61,895 nucleotides of DNA, from IMG/VR virus record IMGVR_UViG_3300035564_000051, positions 1 through 61,895 of that record, one strand, 5' to 3'. This document shows positions 1 through 9,790 of the stretch, in pieces (the first letter of the stretch is position 1; every line of letters starts with the position of its first letter). This DNA comes from a virus (taxonomy: Duplodnaviria > Caudoviricetes). The notes under the pieces were generated by a model, which saw nothing but the letters and a program-made list of their open reading frames with translations, searched no databases and was not told the origin of the DNA. The position numbers and the translations under genes were made by a program.

Positions 1-1
1 A

Positions 2-823
2 ACCATGCCGGGTTATACAACTCTAACATCTGGAAATGCAAAAGTAGCAAAGGCAGATTCATCAACAATGCCCGGGTATGTCACACGCTCGCAAATCCTG
101 ACAGACTCAACCAATCGAAACGCCCTCCTTGCCCTCAAGGCTCCTTTAGCCTCTCCGACCTTTACCGGAACACCCGCGGCTCCTACGGCCTCAGTAGGAA
201 CAAATACAACCCAAATAGCTACCACGGCTTTTGTACTGGCTAACGCAGGAGCCGGTGCAACCGATTCGATCAAGGTCAAAGCCTCTGATGAAACCGACAC
301 CGGAACAGCCCTGCAAAATGATGATGATTTGAAATTCGGTATTGGAGCGAATCAGACTTGGATTGGATATGCGTTTTTGGATTGTCACGCTCAAAATGGA
401 ACTGATGGTGTTGGAACAAACACTTGCGGAATTATCTTTGCGATAAATGGCCCCAGTGGAGCTACCCTTACATTCAGTCTGTCCAATCAATACATCAATG
501 ACAATTATGGTGTTTCTGTCTATAACTATTATGAAACAAGACAGACTGCACTCAATACCAACACAAATGCACCTTTCCAAAATACCACCCCTGGCATTGC
601 CGGAAACTCTGACAAAATTGTCCACGTAACTTTTCTTGTAAAAAGTAGTAGCACAACCGGAACAATACAACTGCGCTGGTATCCTATTGCGGGAATTGAC
701 TCTGATCCTGGCCCAACAACTCAGTCTGCAACCGTTCGCGCCCGAAGCTATCTCTATGCAAGGAAGGTGGGTTCAATCATGTTTCTGATAATCTTCATAC
801 CGAAGCGACGTAAGGCGAACTAA
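2..823 (+). CDS. Tail fibre protein, C-terminal part (5' partial; probably continues the ORF starting at 61299)
   Basis: Frame is open from base 2. Contains the 32-aa repeat KADSSTMPGYVTRSQILTDSTNRNALLALK also seen at the window end, the phage tail-fibre motif KAPLASPTFTGTPAAPTASVGTNTTQIATTAFV, and a beta-rich C-terminal domain. Confidence 0.8.
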   Translation, partial: TMPGYTTLTSGNAKVAKADSSTMPGYVTRSQILTDSTNRNALLALKAPLASPTFTGTPAAPTASVGTNTTQIATTAFVLANAGAGATDSIKVKASDETDTGTALQNDDDLKFGIGANQTWIGYAFLDCHAQNGTDGVGTNTCGIIFAINGPSGATLTFSLSNQYINDNYGVSVYNYYETRQTALNTNTNAPFQNTTPGIAGNSDKIVHVTFLVKSSSTTGTIQLRWYPIAGIDSDPGPTTQSATVRARSYLYARKVGSIMFLIIFIPKRRKAN

Positions 824-1128
824 TGAAGAAACTTTTCTTCCTGTTGGCGATACCGTTGCTGGCTTGCGCCCAAGGGAAGTCTGATGAAATGGCTCCTTTG
901 TCATATTGGCGAGCACTAAAATATCAGGACACACTTGCAGTCCTGCAACATCAGCGTGACAGTCTGATTGTGCTGGCAAAAACATTCAAGTCGGCAAAGT
1001 CCAAAATCACAACACAAAGTGAAATCACCTACAAGTTCTCAGATGCAATGAAGATGATTGATTATTTGGATGCAGTCCAAGCGATTGAGCAAAAGATTGC
1101 GGTGCTGAAAAATCAACTTGCACAATGA
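823..1128 (+). CDS. Small exported protein (signal peptide, possibly lipoprotein), coiled-coil
   Basis: N-terminus MKKLFFLLAIPLLACAQ; LLAC could be a lipobox, or ACA|Q an SPase I site. Start overlaps the upstream TAA. Confidence 0.65.
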   Translation: MKKLFFLLAIPLLACAQGKSDEMAPLSYWRALKYQDTLAVLQHQRDSLIVLAKTFKSAKSKITTQSEITYKFSDAMKMIDYLDAVQAIEQKIAVLKNQLAQ

Positions 1129-1182
1129 CAAAACCACCGATCATAGGAATCTACTAACAGAAAGGCATCAGGCGATTCTAAT

Positions 1183-1749
1183 ATGCCAAACTTCTCAGCC
1201 AATGGACCGAACACCTACGGCGATGTCATTCAGGGTCTCACACAACTAAACCCATCCTCTGAAGGCATCAACACCATTGAGGATATAAGAAAACGCTTTG
1301 GCCTGACGGCAAGCCCCAGTACAGCCTTCGGCTCGGCACGGAAGAATCTCGCCAGTCAAAAGGCTAGAACTCTTGCCTCGACCAGTGCCCGAATGTCATC
1401 TAGGGTAGCCAACCCTGAAGCTATTTTCTCTGGCGTAGAAGGTGACTACGCCAATGCAGAGGGGAACCTTGAAGGCCAGCAAGCCAACGCGGAGCTCGGT
1501 CAGCAAATGAGTTTTGCCCAGATGCTTCAGTCGATGCTTCAAGGCCGCGATGCTTTCAACCTGAACAAGTCCTCTCAGATGTCCCAGAACGTCGGCGGAG
1601 CCCTTCAGCAACAGAACTATGAAGAATCTAAGCCCGGAGTGTTGGATGATTTTCTAGCAATACTGAAAACCGTTGGCGGAACAGCGGCGGGCGCAGCGAC
1701 GGGCGCGGGTGCGCTTGGATGGAAACCATTTGGTGCAAAACCGTCATAA
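1183..1749 (+). CDS. Putative internal virion (ejection/pilot) protein
   Basis: Gln/Ala/Ser-rich helical protein with a Gly/Ala-rich hydrophobic C-terminus; lies after the tail genes and before the large internal proteins. Confidence 0.55.
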   Translation: MPNFSANGPNTYGDVIQGLTQLNPSSEGINTIEDIRKRFGLTASPSTAFGSARKNLASQKARTLASTSARMSSRVANPEAIFSGVEGDYANAEGNLEGQQANAELGQQMSFAQMLQSMLQGRDAFNLNKSSQMSQNVGGALQQQNYEESKPGVLDDFLAILKTVGGTAAGAATGAGALGWKPFGAKPS

Positions 1750-1781
1750 ACAGCTTCACTTGAAAAGGATGCGTGATCTTC

Positions 1782-2900
1782 ATGGCCGGACAAATCTATC
1801 GAGCCTTGCAACGAAACCCCGATCCACTGGGCGGACTCTCCAGCTTGGCGCAGATGTATCTCTCGCACTTGGATCAGGAGCAGCGTAAGAAAGCTGTCTT
1901 TGACCGTCTCTCACAAACGAGCGTTAGACCCGTGATGGGAAATGAGGCGACTGTTCCGGTAGCCAATCCACCGGCAGCCGCGCCAGCACAAGCCCCGGCT
2001 CCTACCATGCAGCATCCGGTAGATGCCCAAGGTCTAGTCGGAATGCTTCCCAAAGAACCCGCCACAACCGAACTACCGCGCTTCCAGGGTACAGAGACCA
2101 CCACAAGACTGCGGCAACCATCAGAACTTTCAACACAGGAGAGGTTTGGACTCGGTAGTGATTTAGGAATGAACGCAGGTCAGATCCTGGATTTTCTAGC
2201 CAAGCCAGCACCACAGACTCACTTCGCTCCAGCTGGAAGTCAGCCGGGGTACTTTGATGCAACGGGAAAATTCGTTCCAAGTGGGGATCGGATTCCGAGA
2301 GAATTCCAGCCCCGAGCGCCGCAGCGACCACTTGCGCCGCAGAAGCCGGAATCTGTATTCTTGCGGTCTGAACCCGTAACAAAAAACGGAGTGACCAAGA
2401 TTTACGACCTCTACGGTCACAAGGACGCAAGCAATAAGGAAGTCGTCACCGAGCGCAAGCCGCAAGACTTCACAGAGAAATCCCCGTCCTCTCAAGGCTC
2501 TGGCGGAGCCGCCGATCATCGCGCAACCGAGGCGCAGATCACTAAACTCACTTCCACCAATCAGGAACTAGGCCGACAGATCACCTCCATTCAAAATGGT
2601 GTCTCGTCAATTCCTGAAGTAAAGGGAGAGAAACCCGAAGACAGGGCTACGCGACAAAAGGCGTACGTTGACAAACTCCGTTCAACCATCGACGAGAATG
2701 AAACCCACATAGAGCGATTGAACAAGCAAATCGGCGGCACATGGCGCAAGGGCGATTCAGAACAAGGCCAAGCCGCATCCGACAAACCCAAAATGAAACT
2801 CTCCGACATCAAATCAAAATGGGGAGCCGAAGCCGTTCAAGGATATTCCGACGATGAACTCAGGGATTATCTCAAGAAGCAAAACGTCGAGGTCGAATAG
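1782..2900 (+). CDS. Putative internal virion protein
   Basis: Pro/Gln-rich low-complexity protein with a coiled-coil C-terminal region; position in the ejection-protein block. Confidence 0.5.
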   Translation: MAGQIYRALQRNPDPLGGLSSLAQMYLSHLDQEQRKKAVFDRLSQTSVRPVMGNEATVPVANPPAAAPAQAPAPTMQHPVDAQGLVGMLPKEPATTELPRFQGTETTTRLRQPSELSTQERFGLGSDLGMNAGQILDFLAKPAPQTHFAPAGSQPGYFDATGKFVPSGDRIPREFQPRAPQRPLAPQKPESVFLRSEPVTKNGVTKIYDLYGHKDASNKEVVTERKPQDFTEKSPSSQGSGGAADHRATEAQITKLTSTNQELGRQITSIQNGVSSIPEVKGEKPEDRATRQKAYVDKLRSTIDENETHIERLNKQIGGTWRKGDSEQGQAASDKPKMKLSDIKSKWGAEAVQGYSDDELRDYLKKQNVEVE

Positions 2901-5900
2901 TGTCAATGCCAGCCTTTGACATACCGCCCCCACCGCCGAAGAAAGTAGCTGCCGCTGGTGAGTTTAACATTCCACCACCGCCACCGAAGAAGCCTGTTCA
3001 AACTCCCGGCCTCGGCAATACCGCGGCTTTCAACAAAGGAATTGATGTATCTACCCCAGAAGGTGCAAAAAAAGCACAAGGGCAAGCCAGCGTCAAAACC
3101 GAACCTTCAATTCTTCCGGGCGTAACCGTCACAGCCAAACGCCCAACCGAAGGCGCGATCAACCTTCCCCCGGTTCCAGAAAAAGAACTTCAAGCCGGAA
3201 TAAGGACACTACCTACTCCACCTTCGATCACAACTCCAAGTACAGAAACCGAACTCGCTTATGAGGGCTTCAAGAAGGAGATAGAGAAATCGACGGGTCA
3301 TAAGCAGCCGGAACTCTCAAGTATCGGTGAAGCGCAAAAGTATCTAGCCGAGATGGGTGGACGCGAAAGGTGGTTACAGGCCGCGCCGCTCTATGCAGAG
3401 GCGTTAAGGAAAGCTCCGTTCATTGGCCCAATCTTCGGGGGTGCGGAAACCGTAGCATTGGCAGCGAAAGAACCAGACAACCTATCGAAAGCACTTCAAG
3501 CCGCACAAGGTCTAGGTGAAGGTGCATTTGGAATTATGATGGCGCACGCCGCGGCCGCTCCCGCGATGCAGGCATTTCAAGCTATGGGACAAACCGGAAT
3601 AGATCCCGGAAAGCCTGTTCGGGAATTTTCTAGCAAGTATGCGCAGTGGGAAGCTCAGTCGAAACTCGGTATCAGCGATCCTCACCAGCTAGAAAAAGTT
3701 GGCGAGTTTGGTGGTATGGTAGGCGAACTCGGAATGTGGACGCTTGCGACGATGGCCCCCGCCTTACTGGGGAAATTTCAGGCAGGCACGGCAGGCCCGG
3801 AAGATGTCCGAGCCGCATTCGACATCATGCAGAATGCCCGCGCCGAAAACATCAAAGGCCCGGTGAGCGCGCACATCGTTGACCGCGTCGCATCTCAAGT
3901 GGGAAAGAACAAATTGGCCGGAGGACTGCTTGCCGGAATATCGAAGAAACTGGAATCTGGCGCAGCCTTATCGAATGAGGAAATGAACATTGTTCGTGAG
4001 AACTCGCCGGAGCAATACAAGACAGTCCTTGATGCTCTTCTGACCCGTCAGGAAGATGTCAGGCCATCCGAAGGCGCGACCCCGATCCTTGAAGGCAAAC
4101 CCGCACCAGAACAAGCGGGAATCGTTCAATCCAAGCCCGATGCGAATATCGCATATCGCGAACAGCAAATCTCTGACTTGATGAAGCGCAATCCATCAAT
4201 GCGCCGCGCCGATGCGGAAGCAATGGTTCAAGGCCAGAAGGCTCCTGAATCAAGACTCGTAAAGCCTCAAGGTGAAATCACTCGCACCGGAGAACAGGCA
4301 AGGGAAATTCCACCGCCACCGCCGAGAAGGATCGAATCTTCTGCGCGTACACCAGAAGTGCCGGGAAAAGGAATCACCCCGTTAGAGAAACCTATTCCAG
4401 CGATTGAAGAGAAGCCTATTCCGGCGGTGGAAAAGAAGGTTCCCGACATCAAAGAATTTGAAAAGAGGACAAAACTCTACAAGCCAGAGTTGGCACTTGG
4501 ACTACATCAGAACCCCTTCATCACTCCAGACGGTTTGCTCACGCCTCCGTACACCGCTCACAGCGACTTGGTTCGTGACTACAACGGGACGCGCGACATA
4601 CAAGGATTTATGAATGAAACGGGATATGTCAGACTGAAGGGAGAAGGCGACGCAATCAACGTCGAGATGGTGAATAAGCCAACATCCGAACAGTTTGAAA
4701 CGATTGAAACTGCATCCCCAACCGGAAAAATCCGATGGGATATTACCGGACCCGATGGGAAGATCAGGAAGAGCGGAGAGGCAGATGATTTAGAGACATT
4801 CAAACAACAAATGGATCGAGAAACTTTTTCTTCTCGACCCGCGCCTCAAACCTCTTCCGACTTCACCCAAAGAAGCCTTGAGAAGATCACAGAGAAGAAA
4901 GCAGCGAAGAAGACAGCAGTAGAACAGAGGAAAAAACCATTACCCCCCGGACAGAGGAAAAAACCATTACCCCCCGGTGAGATTCGCGGTAGCCAAGAAC
5001 CCACGTTACAGCCCGCGACGCAAGAACGTGGTGAGGCCATCGGGGAGGTAAAGGTTCCCGTCGCCCCCAAAACGATTCCACCCGGAGAACTCGAAGTCCG
5101 CAGTCTAGCCAAGCCAGCAACCGCGCCGCCATCCCCAGAGGACTTAGCCTCTCGCGCCGCAGAGAACAAAAAACAATCTCTCGGTCCAGTAAGGCATCAA
5201 GACATCACCAAAGCAGAACTAGACTACAAATCCAAGCTAGAACAATTTGGTGAGGACGCGCCCGAGACCAAAGCCGCAGAGCAAAAGGTCAAAGACCTTA
5301 CCCAGAAGTACGAAGCCGCGAAGAAACCCGCAACCGAACCTCTCCCCGAATTCAAATCATCCGAAGAGGCAGTTGAATTTGGCCGTAAGTACCCTGAGAG
5401 AATCCCAGAACTAGAAGCCCGCGCCAATGAAGCCACAGAAGCCTCACGGTCATTCAAGGATGAAGTCATTCCCGGTGAAGAACGCCCTCAAAGGTTAGAG
5501 CGCCTCAATCAAGCCATGCAACACGCAGTCCGCGCTCAACTAGCCCATGAAGCAATAGACTTCGCCAAAAATCCCAAGAGAGAAACCCCCATTGAAAAGA
5601 TCAGGAGGGAAGAGAAGGAAGCAGCAATCCCCAAGCCTCAGGCCCCAAAGGAGAAACAACCGTGGGAGCAAACCAAGGCTGAGTACATCAAGGCGAATGA
5701 AGGCGAGATCGTCCCGACCCCCGGTGAGAGGTCGAAACAGCGTCAATCCACAAAAGAAGAACGCGCATACGCTCATAAGAATATCGTTGCAAGTGCAATC
5801 GAACGCGGCGAATCTATTCCCGAATCAGTCCTCAAAGACTACCCTGATCTTGCTTTACCAAAGGAGAAAGCCGAACCAACGCTTCAAGAGAAAGCGGAAC

Positions 5901-7093
5901 CGCTAACTCGCCGCCAATCCGAATTGCAGAGGCAAATCAGGGCTATTGGCGAGAAGAAGGCTGGCAGGGCGATGGATCAGTGGGCGCAAGTTAGGGCATC
6001 CGCAGAACGAACACCCGATGGTCGCAAATTAGCAAAAGAGTACGATGAGGTTAGCCGCCAGATCATAAAGCTGGAAGAAGCCGAAACCAAACCCGAACCT
6101 CTCACTCAATCCAAGCTCGAAGAAGCCGCTCAGGCCGCTCCAAAAGCAGGACTCTCCCTTAAAGAACAGAAGAAAACATTGCTAGGGGAATTGGATAAGG
6201 CCAAAGAAATCGTTGGTGAGCGGGAACTCGGAAAGGTAGAGAAGGATCTCGTAGAAAAGACCGGAATGAATCTTCTCGATACCCGCCAAGAAATTAGCCG
6301 AATTGACAATCTGAGTAACGCAACTCGCAAACAAAGAGATTGGAAGTTCCAAGCAAGAGAGTTCTTGAAAGCCCATGAGGACGAAATCCAGAAAGAGATT
6401 GTCGATCGGTACGGCCCCGATCTAAAAAAGGCCGGACTGAAACTTGATGATGAGGGTAGAATTGTTGTTGACGTACCGGGAGACGGAACTTTTCACACGC
6501 CCATTGGTGCGATTGATGAGTATGCAAACAGAATTGAAAAGGGGTTCCCGAAGGATTCACGGCAAGCCAAAGCCGCGCCTGTTGAAGAGAAGCCAACACC
6601 TAAAGAACCCGAACAGGTTGCTCCCAAGTCTCCCGACCTCAAGAAGCGCATCAACTCTCTGGCTAACGAGAACATCTTGAACCTCTCCGGTTCTCGTAAT
6701 GCAGAATCCCGTAGAAAACTCCTTCAAGACCTCACAGGGGAAAAGGTCTCTAAGTCTGAGGCGGGAATAGGTAAGCTCCGCGATGCGCTCGCAAAAAGCG
6801 TCGGCATAGAACCAACTGAATCAGCAATCAACAAGTGGCTCCGCACCCCAGAGCCAAAGGTAGAACCACCCAAGCCACCTACACCCCAAGAGATTGCAGC
6901 AGCAAATGAGAAGATCGTCTCAGAGATTCCCCCAACTCATTTGAGAGAGATCGAAGTTGACACCAAAGTATTCGATGAGGAATCCGGCAAGGTCATTACC
7001 GAGAAACGTCCGGCAAAAGAAGCCCTTGAAGCCCTAGATGCAGATTCCAAGTTGATGAAAGCATTTCTTGATTGTGTGAAGGGACTAGCCTAA
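2900..7093 (+). CDS. Large internal virion / polyvalent-type protein (1397 aa)
   Basis: Very long Glu/Lys/Pro/Ala-rich ORF with Gly/Ala-rich hydrophobic stretches in the N-terminal third and small globular islands (e.g. PWEQTKAEY...VLKDYPDL); typical podovirus position. Confidence 0.6.
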   Translation: MSMPAFDIPPPPPKKVAAAGEFNIPPPPPKKPVQTPGLGNTAAFNKGIDVSTPEGAKKAQGQASVKTEPSILPGVTVTAKRPTEGAINLPPVPEKELQAGIRTLPTPPSITTPSTETELAYEGFKKEIEKSTGHKQPELSSIGEAQKYLAEMGGRERWLQAAPLYAEALRKAPFIGPIFGGAETVALAAKEPDNLSKALQAAQGLGEGAFGIMMAHAAAAPAMQAFQAMGQTGIDPGKPVREFSSKYAQWEAQSKLGISDPHQLEKVGEFGGMVGELGMWTLATMAPALLGKFQAGTAGPEDVRAAFDIMQNARAENIKGPVSAHIVDRVASQVGKNKLAGGLLAGISKKLESGAALSNEEMNIVRENSPEQYKTVLDALLTRQEDVRPSEGATPILEGKPAPEQAGIVQSKPDANIAYREQQISDLMKRNPSMRRADAEAMVQGQKAPESRLVKPQGEITRTGEQAREIPPPPPRRIESSARTPEVPGKGITPLEKPIPAIEEKPIPAVEKKVPDIKEFEKRTKLYKPELALGLHQNPFITPDGLLTPPYTAHSDLVRDYNGTRDIQGFMNETGYVRLKGEGDAINVEMVNKPTSEQFETIETASPTGKIRWDITGPDGKIRKSGEADDLETFKQQMDRETFSSRPAPQTSSDFTQRSLEKITEKKAAKKTAVEQRKKPLPPGQRKKPLPPGEIRGSQEPTLQPATQERGEAIGEVKVPVAPKTIPPGELEVRSLAKPATAPPSPEDLASRAAENKKQSLGPVRHQDITKAELDYKSKLEQFGEDAPETKAAEQKVKDLTQKYEAAKKPATEPLPEFKSSEEAVEFGRKYPERIPELEARANEATEASRSFKDEVIPGEERPQRLERLNQAMQHAVRAQLAHEAIDFAKNPKRETPIEKIRREEKEAAIPKPQAPKEKQPWEQTKAEYIKANEGEIVPTPGERSKQRQSTKEERAYAHKNIVASAIERGESIPESVLKDYPDLALPKEKAEPTLQEKAEPLTRRQSELQRQIRAIGEKKAGRAMDQWAQVRASAERTPDGRKLAKEYDEVSRQIIKLEEAETKPEPLTQSKLEEAAQAAPKAGLSLKEQKKTLLGELDKAKEIVGERELGKVEKDLVEKTGMNLLDTRQEISRIDNLSNATRKQRDWKFQAREFLKAHEDEIQKEIVDRYGPDLKKAGLKLDDEGRIVVDVPGDGTFHTPIGAIDEYANRIEKGFPKDSRQAKAAPVEEKPTPKEPEQVAPKSPDLKKRINSLANENILNLSGSRNAESRRKLLQDLTGEKVSKSEAGIGKLRDALAKSVGIEPTESAINKWLRTPEPKVEPPKPPTPQEIAAANEKIVSEIPPTHLREIEVDTKVFDEESGKVITEKRPAKEALEALDADSKLMKAFLDCVKGLA
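4924..4977 (+). repeat. Perfect 27-bp tandem duplication (QRKKPLPPG x2)
   Basis: ACAGAGGAAAAAACCATTACCCCCCGG at 4924-4950 and 4951-4977; in frame. Confidence 0.95.
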
Positions 7094-7410
7094 TGCCAAT
7101 CGTCAAGCACAAAGTACCATCGGCAGATCAGTTGAACGCCAAACAGGAATTTGAAGCCCTCAACGCGAACATCGAACTACTCTCGGATGCAGTCGATAAG
7201 ATTGCCGCCTCCGTAGCTGAGATCGAGTCAAAAATCAACCGGCCTGATGAACGCCTAAGTTCCCTTGCGATCAAAGTAGGAAACGTGGAAAAGGTCATTC
7301 AAGAAATGAAAGCATCTCAACCCAAGATGCCAACAAGTCTGATTCTGACCGTCACCGGAAGAAATGACATCACCGGACAAATTGACGAAGCACACATACA
7401 AGTAGACTGA
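7093..7410 (+). CDS. Hypothetical coiled-coil protein
   Basis: ATG overlaps the upstream TAA; heptad pattern followed by a short beta-rich tail. Confidence 0.6.
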   Translation: MPIVKHKVPSADQLNAKQEFEALNANIELLSDAVDKIAASVAEIESKINRPDERLSSLAIKVGNVEKVIQEMKASQPKMPTSLILTVTGRNDITGQIDEAHIQVD

Positions 7411-7412
7411 TA

Positions 7413-7787
7413 ATGGACGCTCACAAAAACTTTGCATATACGACCGTAACCGTAGCTCCAACACCGGCAAGCTCGGGGCTATCTCTGACCGTGGCCGACG
7501 GGACAGTGTTTCCGGCAGTTCCATTCAACTGCCCGGTATGGCCTATCAACGTGCAACCGTTGAAATCTAACGCTGAGATCATCAGGGTTACAAACATTGT
7601 GGGCAATGTGTTGACAATTCTGCGGAGACAGGAAGAAAGCTCTGCAAGGGAGATTCAGGCCGGAGATCAGATCATGGCTGGTATTACCGCCAAGACCCTG
7701 ACGGATGCAGAAAATGGAAACTATGACGGCGGCATTGCTGCAAGCGTCTATGGTGGCACAACTGGAATTGATGGAGGCACGGCTTAA
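7413..7787 (+). CDS. Putative virion structural protein (tail-fibre N-terminal-like)
   Basis: Beta-rich; EIIRVT...LTILRRQEES pattern resembles phage fibre attachment domains. No signal peptide. Confidence 0.5.
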   Translation: MDAHKNFAYTTVTVAPTPASSGLSLTVADGTVFPAVPFNCPVWPINVQPLKSNAEIIRVTNIVGNVLTILRRQEESSAREIQAGDQIMAGITAKTLTDAENGNYDGGIAASVYGGTTGIDGGTA

Positions 7788-7788
7788 T

Positions 7789-8238
7789 ATGGCATCGACA
7801 ATTCAAATCCGAAGGGACACGCTGGCGAATTGGGCATCGGCAAACCCAACGCTTGCTCAAGGTGAAATCGGAATCGAATCCGATACCAGGAAGATGAAGT
7901 TCGGCGATGGTGCGACCGCCTGGAACAGCCTGCCGTACTTCACAGGCATTGCATCATCCAATCCGATCAAGGGAAGTGCTGTTGTGGACTTCGGCAACGC
8001 TCCGGGCAAACAGCGAACAACCGTCACGGTCAACGATGCGAATGTGCTCACAGCATCGAAGGTCATGGTGTTCATAGATCCCACAGCAACGGCAAAGCAC
8101 AACGCGTATGAGCACAGCATGGTTCCCCTTGTCTTGTCTGCGGGAAGCATCGTCAATCAAACGTCATTCGTCATCACAGCAATTTGTGAATGGCCTCTGA
8201 CCGGGACTTTTAACGTAGCCTATATCATAAACATCTAA
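7789..8238 (+). CDS. Short fibre protein with Mtd_N / hyaluronidase-N-like domain
   Basis: IQIRRDTLANWASANPTLAQGEIGIESDTRKMKFGDGATAWNSLPY matches the major tropism determinant N-terminal motif. Confidence 0.75.
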   Translation: MASTIQIRRDTLANWASANPTLAQGEIGIESDTRKMKFGDGATAWNSLPYFTGIASSNPIKGSAVVDFGNAPGKQRTTVTVNDANVLTASKVMVFIDPTATAKHNAYEHSMVPLVLSAGSIVNQTSFVITAICEWPLTGTFNVAYIINI

Positions 8239-8251
8239 ACAGGAGGTTGTC

Positions 8252-9787
8252 ATGGGTTTTCAAAAAGAAGGTTCCAGCGGTAACGTCCAAGACGTTGACG
8301 TTAACCACAATGCTCTAGTTGCTCTTCCCGGTCATACTGCCGCAGGGGTTCCCCGTGGAGGTGGGCAGTCAGAGGCTGGTGATGTCGCACTGTTCTCTGA
8401 AATTGATGAGGGTGTAGTCACTGGGGTGCGCGAACTTATCAGTCCCGAGACTGATACCGACGGCAGGCTTCGTGTAACGGAAGATCATTTGCTGGACCAG
8501 GAGTTCTTCAACTACACAACGCACAATACAAGCAAGCACACCTTCACCTTTACCACGATGGCTGCAACTTGCACCGCCGCGGGGATTACGACAAACTCAG
8601 GCAGCGTCACAACGACTTCTATTGGTCTGACCTTTGGGACGTTTGCGGCCTTTCCCGTTGGCGGAAATCAGACAACGATCTGTGAAACAAGTGCCTCATT
8701 CACCGCGTTGGCGAACGACAATACCAACATTGATTTCGGATTGTTCTTGCGCGGAGCTACAACCGCTTTCGCACCGAGTGATGGAATCTACTTCCGTCTA
8801 TCTCCGGCGGGGTGGCAGGGTGTGGCAAACAACAACGGCAGTGAAGTTGCTACCACGGTATTCAAAGCAACTCCCGGTGGTGCGAACTGGACTCATGCCC
8901 TCAATACCATCTACCGCTTCAAGCTCCAGGTCAACAACACTAAGGCATCGTTCTTCATCAACGGTGTCAAGATGGGAGAAATACCCACACCTGTTGGTTC
9001 TGGTTTCCTGTGTTCCAACGTCTCTTTGCCGTGGAGTTTCCGTCATGCCATCGTTGGTGGCGTGGCTGGCGCAATTTGCTCTGCGGTGTTCAGTGATTAC
9101 AAAGTGATGGTCCGCGGTGCGATGTTCGCTCAGGACATGGGCAGTGTAGGCAATCGTATCTATGGTTCATACCAATACCTCTCAGGTCAAGGCGCGGTCG
9201 GTCAGATGATGGCTGGCACGGTTACAACGGGAACACTGGTCAAGCCGACAGCCGCGGTTCCGCTGAATACATCACTGGCGGCGAACCTTGCGGCTGGACT
9301 TTCGGGACGTTCGATAGAAACACTTAGCAGCGGTCTTGCTGTGAACGTGGATGGCATTCTCGCGCAGTATCAAGTCCCGGCGGGAACAAACATCATCCCC
9401 GGACGCAGGCTCAAGATCGTGGGCCTCAAACTTTCGAGTATCATTACGACGGTTATTGGCGGTGGCACGGCTGGCAGTGTGGAAGTCTGGATCGGTTACG
9501 GCAATACAGCGACCTCATTGCAAACCGCCGAGACCGGCTCAATGGTCACAGCCACAACGAAGGCTCCGCGGCGTGTGTTCTGCCCATCCTTGACTCAGCA
9601 CTATGTTGTCACTCAGGCCGCAGACACAGGGGTTGCTCAGAACGCATACTACGAAGATTTTTCAGCCGCGCCGATCTACGTCAATGCTGGCGAGTTTGTG
9701 GAAATCATTATATGCAAGTCATTCACGACCATTCCGACTTCTGGGATAGTTCAACACGCGTTCCAATTCGTTTACAGTTGGGAGTAA
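8252..9787 (+). CDS. Putative virion structural / receptor-binding protein (beta-sandwich, lectin-like)
   Basis: Thr/Gly/Ala-rich 511-aa ORF with strong SD (AGGAGG); ASFFINGVKMGEI resembles ConA-like strands. No signal peptide. Confidence 0.5.
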   Translation: MGFQKEGSSGNVQDVDVNHNALVALPGHTAAGVPRGGGQSEAGDVALFSEIDEGVVTGVRELISPETDTDGRLRVTEDHLLDQEFFNYTTHNTSKHTFTFTTMAATCTAAGITTNSGSVTTTSIGLTFGTFAAFPVGGNQTTICETSASFTALANDNTNIDFGLFLRGATTAFAPSDGIYFRLSPAGWQGVANNNGSEVATTVFKATPGGANWTHALNTIYRFKLQVNNTKASFFINGVKMGEIPTPVGSGFLCSNVSLPWSFRHAIVGGVAGAICSAVFSDYKVMVRGAMFAQDMGSVGNRIYGSYQYLSGQGAVGQMMAGTVTTGTLVKPTAAVPLNTSLAANLAAGLSGRSIETLSSGLAVNVDGILAQYQVPAGTNIIPGRRLKIVGLKLSSIITTVIGGGTAGSVEVWIGYGNTATSLQTAETGSMVTATTKAPRRVFCPSLTQHYVVTQAADTGVAQNAYYEDFSAAPIYVNAGEFVEIIICKSFTTIPTSGIVQHAFQFVYSWE

Positions 9788-9790
9788 GAG

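Noticed and set aside
1-140. Exact terminal direct repeat proving completeness
   Set aside because: The ends share diverged units of a coding tandem repeat and do not overlap exactly, so closure is inferred only.
7789-8238. Diversity-generating retroelement suggested by the Mtd_N domain
   Set aside because: No reverse transcriptase and no template/variable repeat pair with adenine-specific mismatches was seen.
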